Assembly: GCA_964590155.1 (NCBI GenBank)
Contig: CAZPWC010000003.1
Coordinates: 19,402-62,003, forward strand
Direction of reading: 5' to 3'
From: an uncultured archaeon
GTDB lineage: Archaea; Iainarchaeota; Iainarchaeia; Iainarchaeales; JAAZKV01
Length of the DNA: 42,602 bases
The position numbers and the translations under genes were made by a program. Positions 28,407 through 37,468 of the stretch are shown piece by piece (the first letter of the stretch is position 1; each line of letters begins with the position of its first letter). The notes under the pieces were generated by a model. The model was given only the letters and a program-made list of their open reading frames with translations. It ran no database searches and was not told the DNA's origin.

Positions 28407-29531
28407 ATGATTTATCATGTTATTACTACCCCTGAGTGCAATTTGTGTTGTTCTTATTGCGGGGAAAAAGCTTTTTGTGACCCTGGTGCAAAGAATGAGG
28501 CGGTGTTTGAATCAGTTCCTTCAAAGATACAATACTCTATGCAGGACTTGAAAAAATTTTTAATTAAGGACAAGGAAGATGTGGGAATAATTTTTTATGG
28601 CGGGGAACCTCTGCTTGAAATTGATTCCATTAAACAAATAATGGATTCACTCAAATCAGAGTCAAAAGTAAAGCACTTCTTGATACAAACAAACGGGGTT
28701 TTGCTCAATAAACTTCCTCCACAATATGTTAATCGGTTTCATACTATCTTGGTTTCGCTTGATGGTGATAAGGAAGTAACTAATTCTCACCGCGGACAAG
28801 GGACTTACGAAAAAGTTTTATCTAATTTGAAGTCAATTGTTGCTCAAGGGTTTAGGGGAGAAATAATTGCGCGAATGACAATTGAAGAGCCCACAGATTT
28901 TTTTAAAGATGTAACTTATCTTATTGAAAACAAAGAATTTCCTTTTAACTCAATTCATTGGCAGCTTGATGCAAACATGTGGCACGATTATAAGAAACGT
29001 AACTTTTCTTCTTGGAGCAAAGAATACAATAAAGGAATTACGCGACTTGTGGATTATTGGCTTAAAGAAATGAAAGAAGGCAAAGTACTTCGATTGTATC
29101 CTTTCCTTGGTATAATGAATTCAATTTTGTTTGGGGAAAGATATGGTTTGCGTTGTGGTTCTGGGATAGGAAACTTTACTATTCTTCCTAACGGAAAAAT
29201 AAGTGCTTGTCCTATAATGAGCGGGGTCTCAGAAAATTATTTAGGGGATATAAGAAAAACAGATCCTGCCAATTTGCCTTTCAAACTTTCTGTGCAAGAA
29301 CCTTGCACTTCTTGCGAAGATTTTGAATTGTGTGGGGGTAGGTGTTTGTATTCAAATCTTTATCCTGCTTGGCCAGTAAAAGGAATTAATGAGGTTTGCG
29401 GAACAGTAAAACACTTGCTCCGCGAAATGAAAAGAGTTGCTCCGCAAGTTCAAGAACTAATTTTTGTGGGAAAGATAAGTAAAAAAGATTTGCAATTTTT
29501 AAAATATAATTGTTGTGAAATTATTCCTTAA
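28407..29531 (+). CDS. Radical SAM/SPASM protein (resembles AF0577 / TIGR04084 family)
   Basis: CNLCCSYC, FYGGEPLL, QTNG, SLDG, SPASM cysteines CGSG..ACP..CTSC..CGGRC..C, C-terminal EIIP. Confidence 0.88.
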   Translation: MIYHVITTPECNLCCSYCGEKAFCDPGAKNEAVFESVPSKIQYSMQDLKKFLIKDKEDVGIIFYGGEPLLEIDSIKQIMDSLKSESKVKHFLIQTNGVLLNKLPPQYVNRFHTILVSLDGDKEVTNSHRGQGTYEKVLSNLKSIVAQGFRGEIIARMTIEEPTDFFKDVTYLIENKEFPFNSIHWQLDANMWHDYKKRNFSSWSKEYNKGITRLVDYWLKEMKEGKVLRLYPFLGIMNSILFGERYGLRCGSGIGNFTILPNGKISACPIMSGVSENYLGDIRKTDPANLPFKLSVQEPCTSCEDFELCGGRCLYSNLYPAWPVKGINEVCGTVKHLLREMKRVAPQVQELIFVGKISKKDLQFLKYNCCEIIP

Positions 29532-29625
29532 TATTATCGAATTATTAAGCGAAGCGAAATAATGCACATATTCCGCACTGCCCAGCCGGAACTGGGCAAT
29601 TGTTGTGAAATTATTCCTTAATATT
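29508..29625 (+). repeat. Perfect 28-bp direct repeat pair flanking a 62-bp palindrome-containing spacer
   Basis: AATTGTTGTGAAATTATTCCTTAATATT at 29508-29535 and 29598-29625. Confidence 0.95.
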
Positions 29626-30509
29626 TATTCTTTTCTTATTTTCGCCAAAAAGAATTGTTGTGTGTCATTATCTTGAGGGTACAATCTTACACAATTTTTG
29701 CACAAATCATTTTTTCTGATTTTTATTCCTTCTAGTTTTATTGGAACAACTTCTGCACTAGATTTTTTTGAAAGCAAATAATTCACAACTTCTTCATTTT
29801 CTTCAGGGGCAAAAGAACAAGTACTGTAAACCATTTCGCCTCCTTTTTTTAAATAATCAAAAGCTTTTGTGATGAGGTTTTTTTGGACAGCGGATTTTTG
29901 CTGAACCAATCTAGGAGACCAGCTAATTAGCGCCTCTCTTTTCTTTCTAACAAGCCCTTCGCTTGAGCATGGAGCATCTAGGAGTATTTTGTCAAATTCC
30001 TTATTTTTTTTGAGGTTTCTAAAATCAACTCTTTTTGTTGAAACGTTTTCTAAACCGAATTTTTCTTTTGTTTTGTTTAAAACGTCAAATCTTTTATCAC
30101 TTAGTTCTGTTGCCAACACTTTTCCGGCTAAATTACTTAACTGAATTGTTTTCATTCCGGGGGCCGAGCAAGCATCAAGCACCTCATCAGTTTTGGTTGG
30201 ATTGAGCGCTACCGCGGGTAGCATTGAGGCTTTTTCCTGAACTGAGATTAACCCTTTATCGTATTCTTCTAATTGGCCAGGGGTGCTATATTCTGTACTA
30301 AATGCTTGTTCGTGAAAAGATAATTGTTCAAGCTGGACATCTTTTTTCTTTAAAGAGTCAATTGCTTGATTTATTGTTGATTTGTTTGTGTTGACCCAAA
30401 ATGATTTGGGTTGTTTTTTTTGAATTGTTTCAAAAAATAATTCCCATTCACTTCCCAAAAGAGATCTATATTTGTCCAAGAATTGGGGCGGGAAATATGT
30501 TGTTTTCAT
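29625..30509 (-). CDS. RsmB/NOP2 (NOL1/Sun) family RNA m5C methyltransferase
   Basis: QEKASM, VLDACSAPGMKT, ILLDAPCS, VYSTCS..PEENE, FFLAK. Confidence 0.95.
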   Translation of the reverse strand: MKTTYFPPQFLDKYRSLLGSEWELFFETIQKKQPKSFWVNTNKSTINQAIDSLKKKDVQLEQLSFHEQAFSTEYSTPGQLEEYDKGLISVQEKASMLPAVALNPTKTDEVLDACSAPGMKTIQLSNLAGKVLATELSDKRFDVLNKTKEKFGLENVSTKRVDFRNLKKNKEFDKILLDAPCSSEGLVRKKREALISWSPRLVQQKSAVQKNLITKAFDYLKKGGEMVYSTCSFAPEENEEVVNYLLSKKSSAEVVPIKLEGIKIRKNDLCKNCVRLYPQDNDTQQFFLAKIRKE

Positions 30510-30574
30510 GAATAAAATTAGTTATAATCCTATTTTATTGCTTTGCGTGAAAAAGCTTTTTCGCTTAGTGCGAA

Positions 30575-30775
30575 CTAAGCCGTTAAATCAGTATCAATGT
30601 CATTTAGAGTTTCTGTTACTCCGCTTATGTCGCTTCCTGCGTCTGAAATAGTTTCTATCGCATCTGCGTCATTTGTAATTTTTGTTCCATCATTTGCATC
30701 AGGTTGCGTGCACCCGAAAAACATTGAGAAAGTAAGCAACAAAACAATTCCAACTGCAATTATTTTTTCCATCAA
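30575..30775 (-). CDS. Small predicted lipoprotein
   Basis: Hydrophobic signal ending FFGC, acidic helical body; GGTGG SD couples it to the upstream gene. Confidence 0.65.
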   Translation of the reverse strand: MMEKIIAVGIVLLLTFSMFFGCTQPDANDGTKITNDADAIETISDAGSDISGVTETLNDIDTDLTA

Positions 30776-30780
30776 ACCAC

Positions 30781-33426
30781 CTATCCAAGCAAAGCCAAAA
30801 GCACTTCTTTTAGCACATCTTCTTTGATTTCTCTGATTAATTCTCTAACCATTACTACTTTGTCTTCAGTCATTGAATCAACATTTTCTTTCAAAATTGT
30901 TTTTGCTTCATCTACTTTTGTTTTTGCGTCTTCAAGTAGAGCAACTGCTTTTTCGTAATTTGAGTAAATATTTTTGTCTTCTTGTTTGTAATAATCAGCT
31001 ATTGCTTGTATTTTTGCTTGTATCTTGCTTAATTCCATTTTTACTTCTTCTAATTTCAAAGCTAGATCAAGTAACTTTATTTTATCATTTAGTACGTCTT
31101 TGTTTATTTCTTGGTTTGAATCATATGCTTTTTCTCCGGCGCACTCAACAACAGCTACGCAACCATCAGAATTTTCTTTCACAATAAATGTTCCGCCGTT
31201 TTCTTCGCAATTTATTTTCTTTTCTTTAGGTATTTCCTCTGTTTTTAAACACTCTCCAATTTTCTTTTCTTTGCAAGTATATTCTTTGCATCCTTTTGCG
31301 TCAAGATTAATTACAACATCCATATTATTTGCATAACACTTCGTTTTCAGTTCAGTTATCTGTTCGGGCGTTTGGGCATTGCACAAAACAGGTTCTTTTT
31401 TTCCGCAAGAATCATAAACATTTAAAGAGTTCACTCCGCATTTGGCTTCATTTGTACTAGTTGTTGAATCAGCACACTCATTTTCGCAAGTGCTTATTGC
31501 TTTTTCTTTCCAATCACTATAAAGCATACAGGAATCAATATTGTAATTATATTCTTTTCCAGAATAGCAAGACCACTTAGCGCTCTTGTACTTTTCTTCA
31601 AGTGGGGTTATTGGAATTATGCCGTCTGTTGGGCAGGCAACTTCTGTTTCTCCATTAATACACGCCTTGACTTTGCACCCTTTTTCATCAATATAATATT
31701 TACATTCCTGTACTTCGCATTTCTTTGTGTATTCCCCATCAGAGCATTTAACTATTTTGCATCCGTCTTCATACAAATATTCGCAAATTTTATTGTTTGG
31801 ATTGCATTCTTCCAGTGGTCTGAAGTCCTCTAAATAAATTGTTGGGGCGCCGTAACATTTTGTTTCCTGCTGTGTTGTTGTTTGTGTAGCGTTTCCGCTA
31901 ACTGCCTGTACTGTTTGTAAAATGAAATTACTCACTGTGTTAACAACATTATTTGAACTCGTTCCACCAGAACTTGGGCCTTGGCTTCCTGTACTTGTAG
32001 AAACTTGGTTAGTTATTTGTCCGCATTTAGTTTGTATAGCTTCGCATTGATTTCTTGCAAAATTTTTCCAATAAGAGTAAGGCATGCATGAATCGTATTG
32101 TTTCCCTTCTGTCCCATTTGAACACTTCCAATAAGCTCCTTTGAAATGCTGTTCATTGCTTTCGACACACTTTGGTTTTAAACAACCTTTTTCATCATAA
32201 ACAGAAACAATTGTTCCATTAGGGCAGTAAGGTGCTGAATAAATAGGGCAATCTGCTTCACATTTTCCTTTAGTGTAATAATCTATCCCAGCACACTTTG
32301 CAAAACAAGCATTACTGTATGTTTTTTTGTTTTCGTTTGATTTAAAGACTCCGCAAACAGGAGCATACTCTTCAGTGCAAATGCAGGTAGAGTTTCCGCA
32401 GTCTTTGGGGCAATTACAGATATTTTCTTTTCCTTCACATATTCCATTTCCACAATTAAGACAGGTTCCGACTGGAGCGCCTGAAACCCTTCCTGTTTCA
32501 ACACACTTTCCTTCTTTAATTACGCGTGTATCAAAACCTGAAGACCATTCTGTTAATCCGTCGCAACACTTGCTTGGGTATTCACTATAAACCGAAGAGT
32601 ACATTTCGCCTTCTTTTGCACAGGTTCCGCTGCATTCTCCGGTGTAAAGCACTTTTGCTTTGTCAGCTTCTGCCATGCACTTGTTTGAATAAGTTTGTTT
32701 TATTGGGTCACAAGGGGTAGTAATACATTGTACTTGTTTTTCTCCGCAAACAGGGGCATATTCCATAGTACAAGCAATTGGTTTTGTTGGGTCAATAGGA
32801 TTAGCACAAGTTCCAGCAGAACTGTATTCTCCTGAAACAATATTATTTATTGCTGTCCAATCTGCAGTGGTTATTGGATCATCCATGGTTTGATTGCCCA
32901 CAATAATAACGTCATATGTTTGGATTATGTCCGCACAGCAACTATTTATTGGACCGGCAATGTTCTTGTATGCAATTGAACTTATTATTGAAGCATCTTC
33001 AGAAGTAACTTTTCCATCTCCGTCGATATCTCCTCTTATTCTTGAAGAACCGTCTGAATAGTTATCGCAATTATACTTAATAAGTCTTGGAGTAATTGGA
33101 TTAGCACAAGTTCCTGCACTTGTCCAGATTCCTTCCATAATATAGTTTATTGCTGAGCTGCTAACAAGTATTTTTGGATCGGGATTAGCTGCTGTTGGAA
33201 TATACGCGCAACATTTTTCTGAAGGTATTTGGAGTGTTCCTTCTTGCATTTTACTTGCTATTTCATAATCATTAATAGTTATTTTTCCATCTCCGTCAAT
33301 GTCTCCTCTTATTCTTGAAGAGCCATCCGAATAATTGGCGCAAGAATAATTTACATCTTCTGCAAAAACGGCTCCTGCTAAAAGCAACAAAACCGCTAGT
33401 GAAAATATTAGAGTTATTTTTCCCAT
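30781..33426 (-). CDS. Secreted Cys-rich protein with two dockerin-like modules, two Kazal domains and a C-terminal coiled coil
   Basis: Signal peptide; RGDIDGDGK twice; CTMEYAPVCG..TYSNKC and CTEEYAPVCG..TYSNAC; heptad-rich C-terminus. Confidence 0.8.
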   Translation of the reverse strand: MGKITLIFSLAVLLLLAGAVFAEDVNYSCANYSDGSSRIRGDIDGDGKITINDYEIASKMQEGTLQIPSEKCCAYIPTAANPDPKILVSSSAINYIMEGIWTSAGTCANPITPRLIKYNCDNYSDGSSRIRGDIDGDGKVTSEDASIISSIAYKNIAGPINSCCADIIQTYDVIIVGNQTMDDPITTADWTAINNIVSGEYSSAGTCANPIDPTKPIACTMEYAPVCGEKQVQCITTPCDPIKQTYSNKCMAEADKAKVLYTGECSGTCAKEGEMYSSVYSEYPSKCCDGLTEWSSGFDTRVIKEGKCVETGRVSGAPVGTCLNCGNGICEGKENICNCPKDCGNSTCICTEEYAPVCGVFKSNENKKTYSNACFAKCAGIDYYTKGKCEADCPIYSAPYCPNGTIVSVYDEKGCLKPKCVESNEQHFKGAYWKCSNGTEGKQYDSCMPYSYWKNFARNQCEAIQTKCGQITNQVSTSTGSQGPSSGGTSSNNVVNTVSNFILQTVQAVSGNATQTTTQQETKCYGAPTIYLEDFRPLEECNPNNKICEYLYEDGCKIVKCSDGEYTKKCEVQECKYYIDEKGCKVKACINGETEVACPTDGIIPITPLEEKYKSAKWSCYSGKEYNYNIDSCMLYSDWKEKAISTCENECADSTTSTNEAKCGVNSLNVYDSCGKKEPVLCNAQTPEQITELKTKCYANNMDVVINLDAKGCKEYTCKEKKIGECLKTEEIPKEKKINCEENGGTFIVKENSDGCVAVVECAGEKAYDSNQEINKDVLNDKIKLLDLALKLEEVKMELSKIQAKIQAIADYYKQEDKNIYSNYEKAVALLEDAKTKVDEAKTILKENVDSMTEDKVVMVRELIREIKEDVLKEVLLALLG

Positions 33427-33613
33427 GCAATATAATTGGCTTATCCTCCTATTTAAAGGTGATTATTTTGGAAGGTTTTTCCCTTTTTTAGCAAAGTTGA
33501 CTGAATAGTCCGTGTTATTTTTACCTTTTTTTTGAGTAAAAACGTCTATTTTTAAATAGTTCTTTGGGAAATCAAATTAAGGATAATTAAGGATATTTGG
33601 GAATGGTGGTCGG

Positions 33614-33883
33614 ATGTCTTTTGGTTGCAGAAATGAGGAAGAGGATCTTTCCGAATTAAAATACGAGTATGATAAAGCTGCTCGATTAAGGGATAGTTTG
33701 CAAAAAAACCTTGAACGCAGAAAAAAACTTGGTTTAGCTGATAAACCTTATGAACGACAACTAACTGCTGAAATAAATGAAATAGAAAATGATCTTAATG
33801 ATTTGCGAAAAAGGATTCGTTCAATAGAATCAGTGAAGATTCGTTCGAACAATATTTCTGAAGCAGGTTTGGGTTATAAATAA
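33614..33883 (+). CDS. Hypothetical coiled-coil protein
   Basis: GGTGG SD, upstream TTTAAATA box, helical charged sequence. Confidence 0.65.
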   Translation: MSFGCRNEEEDLSELKYEYDKAARLRDSLQKNLERRKKLGLADKPYERQLTAEINEIENDLNDLRKRIRSIESVKIRSNNISEAGLGYK

Positions 33884-33969
33884 TTAGTTTTAATTAAACA
33901 ATTTGTAAAAAAATTGTGAATAAATTGTAAACAGATTGTAAAAAAATTGGTTTTTTGGTTGGTGAAAAA

Positions 33970-34341
33970 ATGTCTGAAATGGTTTTAGATTTACTTGAAG
34001 GAGAAGATATAATTATTGGAATTAACAGGTTTGCTAAACAAAATCAGATAAATAATGGTTTTATTGCTGGCGCTGTTGGTGCAATAAAAGAGTTCCAGTT
34101 AATTTCTCACGGTAGAAAAGGGTCCATTGAAAGATTGAACCAAAAATCCAAAGAGTTTGAAGTAAACGCTATGAGCGGAAAAATTTACAAAAAAGGTACT
34201 GATTTGGAAATAAAAGTAAATGTTTTAATTTCTGCGACGGGATTCACCCCACTAACAGGGGAACTAATTTCAGGAAAAGCCGCTGGTGGACTGCAAATAA
34301 CTATAAGAAAAATTGATTTGAAAAAAATGATTGAAGCTTAA
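33970..34341 (+). CDS. PPC/DUF296-domain protein (divergent)
   Basis: L.EGEDI, GAVGAI, FEVNAMSGKI, GEL; ATG at 33970 after GGTGA. Confidence 0.75.
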   Translation: MSEMVLDLLEGEDIIIGINRFAKQNQINNGFIAGAVGAIKEFQLISHGRKGSIERLNQKSKEFEVNAMSGKIYKKGTDLEIKVNVLISATGFTPLTGELISGKAAGGLQITIRKIDLKKMIEA

Positions 34342-34450
34342 TTGTTTCAATTATTTTTTATTATCCTTATTTTTTTAATACTTTTTTTAGAAAATGTTTT
34401 CTTTTTTCTTTATTTTTTTATTTTTCTTTGAAAACGTTTTGGCTTGTTAT

Positions 34451-34630
34451 TTAGAGCGTATCAGCCAATTTTTTTGTTTTATTTCCTTCTTCCCCGTTTT
34501 CTTTAGTTTTTGGACATTCCATTAATTCGCATTTGTGTCCTATTTTGTCTTCAGGAATGTTGCTTCCGCACTTAATGCAATATTTTCCGCCTTTTGTCAG
34601 TGATTCAAGTGTAGATTTTTCTTTTTCCAT
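34451..34630 (-). CDS. Small Cys4 zinc-ribbon-like protein (59 aa, below the ORF-track cutoff)
   Basis: Hand translation MEKEKSTLESLTKGGKYCIKCGSNIPEDKIGHKCELMECPKTKENGEEGNKTKKLADTL; AAGGA upstream. Confidence 0.55.
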   Translation of the reverse strand: MEKEKSTLESLTKGGKYCIKCGSNIPEDKIGHKCELMECPKTKENGEEGNKTKKLADTL

Positions 34631-34675
34631 AAAAATAAATCCTTGTACAAATTAAATTGCTTTATTTGAATTTGT

Positions 34676-34897
34676 TTATTTTGCAGGGACCGAGAACCAA
34701 TAACCTGCGTATAAAAGTATAATTGCTAGGATAAAAAACAGCATTACTTCTCCGCCGAACAAAACATAAATAATTATTGTCGCAATAAAAGGGGTCCATC
34801 TTAGAAACCTTGCTTCTATTCCAACTAATTCCTCTAATCCGCCAAAAACTCCGCCAAGAATTTTCTTGTTTTTTGACCTGTGAAACCTTTTTTTCAT
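34676..34897 (-). CDS. PspC-domain membrane protein
   Basis: MKKRFHRSKNKKILGGVFGGL..R..LY..W..VP. Confidence 0.8.
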   Translation of the reverse strand: MKKRFHRSKNKKILGGVFGGLEELVGIEARFLRWTPFIATIIIYVLFGGEVMLFFILAIILLYAGYWFSVPAK

Positions 34898-35023
34898 TTT
34901 ATAATTAGAGTTTAACTTGTTAATAAAATGTTTCTTTTTCTAAAAAACCAAAAAAGATGAGGGGCGGGAGAAATTTTAGTGCGGAAGCGAAAGATAAAAT
35001 TTGGTTGCTTGTTGAATAAAAGA

Positions 35024-35096
35024 CGCCTTGACCGGGATTTGAACCCGGGTCGCACCCGTGACAGGGGTGAATCCTAGACCACTGGACGATCAAGGC
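35024..35096 (-). tRNA. tRNA-Asp (GTC), intronless, CCA not encoded
   Basis: GCCTTGA/TCAAGGC acceptor stem, CACCC-CTGTCAC-GGGTG anticodon arm, CCGGG-TTCAAAT-CCCGG T arm, G73. Confidence 0.97.
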
Positions 35097-35193
35097 AACT
35101 TTTCATTTTATTGTTACAAAATCTTTGACTTTGTCACAAAAGTAGTTGTTGTCACTAATTTATTTCTGAGAAGGAAGCCTTATAAATATTATT

Positions 35194-37406
35194 TTAACGC
35201 TCTTTTTCTCCGTTATATTCCCATTTTCCAGACCATTTGTTTACTGCAAAATCATCAATATCATTTTCCATAAAGTATTTTCCGTGTCCTGCCTGACTCT
35301 GGGGGGTTTTCTTTTTTCCGCCGATAATAATAAGCATTACCATAAACAAAAGCAATAACAAAAGTATTGGAAAAGCCGCTATTTGTAAGGTGTCCATCAA
35401 GCTAAATGCACTTGTTGCAGGGGACAAAGCTTGTTCTCCTGCATTTGCAGTTAAATTATCTGTGTCGTTTTCTGTTCCGCTGTTAGTTGTTTCTATTCCT
35501 GCAGTAGTTGTTTGAGGCAAAGTATTTCCTGTTGCGGCTTCTTCAACCAAAGGGATTATTGTGGGGGTGATAGTTAAATTTCCTCCGGTACTTCCTCCTC
35601 CGCCAGGACTTCCGCCGCCACCGCTTGGAGCAGTATAATTAACAGTTGCATTAACATTTTTGTCAATAGAGTTATTGTCAGCAAAATCAGTCGCAATTAC
35701 ATCGAAAGTGTAAGTTGCATTTGGCAGGCCATTGAAAGTATACGAACTGCTTGTTGTATAATACCAGGTACTTTTGTCTTTGCTAACATAATATCCTTTA
35801 ACTCCAGAACCGTTTGTGTCAGTTGCACTGAAAGAAATTGTTACGTCATCATTGCTCACAGAAGCAATTGGTTTGTCTGAATCAATTATTGGGACATTTT
35901 GATCAATCATTACACAAACAATATCTGAGTTTGAATCCTGTCCTAGTGAGTTAATTGTTTGAACAAAATAGCAATAATTTTTGTCAACTTGCGTATTTGT
36001 ATCTAAATAATTTGAATCATTTAATGGCCCTATGATTAAGTTAAAATTTGTGTCAGTAATTTCTTTGCCCCACACAAAGTAAGTTATTGGGGAAACAAAA
36101 GCAACATCATTCCAGTTCAGCAAAATGTTCAAATCCTTTTGTGCAACTTTGTTGCTGATTGAGGCTTTCGCAGGAGTTGTATTATCAATTGCAATATATG
36201 AATAATGGTTTCCATCAGTGTTTCCTAAATTATCAGAACATGAGTAAATCAATTCATTATTTTTATCCTCGCTAACAACAAAGTTCAAATAATTTGTATA
36301 GGAATAATTGTAAGTTCCATTTAGCCAATAACTAATTCTTGGTAATTCGTCAAAACAATTTAAATCAATGTTAACTGAAGAAGTTGTCCAAGAATTTGTG
36401 TCCGGGGTTTTTGTAATTGTTATGCCTGGTGCGGTTGTATCAAGAGTTATTGTTTTTGTTATTGTGTTGCTTTCATTTCCGACAACATCACTTACTTTTA
36501 TGTAAATGTTTTTGTCCCCGTCTCCCAGGATGCATGAAGTGATATCAAACCCTGAATAATTTCCTGTATAAATAACGCTTGCCCAGTTTATTTTGTCACA
36601 AGACAGCATTAAATTGTTTAATCCTGATTCACTGTCTGTCGCGGTTGTGATAATCTCGGGGTAGTGTCATTTGTTTTTGTGGGGGTAGTGGCGCTGTTTA
36701 ATGTTGGAGAGTTATTATCAACCCAAATAGAGTAATTATAACTTTTGTTATTTCCTGCATTATCTTTAGCATCAATAACAATGTTGTAATTAGTTTTGTT
36801 TTCCATTCCCAAATCCATCATGTTGAAGTCCATTACTCCGCTTGCGTAAAAAACTCTGTTATCAATATTATAATCCGTTCCGTTAAAATCAACAACAATA
36901 CTATTAGCGTCAACTCCGCTTGTCGCATCAGTAATACTTGCTTTCAAAAAATTTAGGTCCGGGTTAATCCAGCTTCCTTGCGTAGGATATTGGGGTGAAA
37001 TTGTTGGAGGGGTGTTGTCTATTGTGAAAATATTATCTGAAACATCCGTTGCAAAACTTACAGGAGTAGTATCATTTGGGTCAACTATCGCAGTATAAGT
37101 ATTATCAAGTACTTTTGTTGTATCAAAAAGGTAGTAACAAACAGGATCTGTACTAATTGGGGATAGGCATTCTATTTTGTTATTATTAAAAAAGTTGGAA
37201 TCATTAACATAAAGACTTAAATCAGTAGTTCCTAAATCAATGTTTCCAATTGCGCTAAATCCAGTTATTTGAAAGATTATGTTATAATCTCCTTTGATTA
37301 GTTCTCCGCCATTCGGTTGCATTATAGTAACCGTAGGACCGACTCCCGCAAAAACAATTCCTGCGGCAATTAAGATTAGCAAAAAAGTAAAGGCATTTCT
37401 GTTCAT
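35194..37406 (-). pseudogene. Single Ig-like/FN3 surface protein gene split by a 1-nt deletion (or assembly error)
   Basis: ORF 36618..37406 has the signal peptide and ORF 35194..36609 has the TM anchor. One extra C in the C4 run at 36658-36661 joins them as ..NDTTPEIITTATDSESGLNNLMLSC.. (737 aa). Confidence 0.8.
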
Positions 37407-37468
37407 CTTTATGGATTACTTCATCTAGCTTTAAATATCTTGCCTTTTGGCTTTTCGATTTTTGGTTT

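Noticed and set aside
29579-29598. CCGGAA-loop hairpin as part of SRP RNA or another known ncRNA
   Set aside because: The helix-8 internal-loop context is missing and the surrounding sequence is too short and AT-rich.
29508-29625. 28-bp repeats as a CRISPR array
   Set aside because: Only two copies, a 62-nt spacer, the repeat is coding sequence, and there are no cas genes or leader.
34342-34450. Long T-rich tract
   Set aside because: Consistent with an ordinary oligo-T termination zone between convergent genes.
35024-35096. tRNA-Asp as an integration site or intron-containing tRNA
   Set aside because: No duplicated tRNA 3' end, no integrase and no intron. The overlapping ORF 35058..35273 is spurious.
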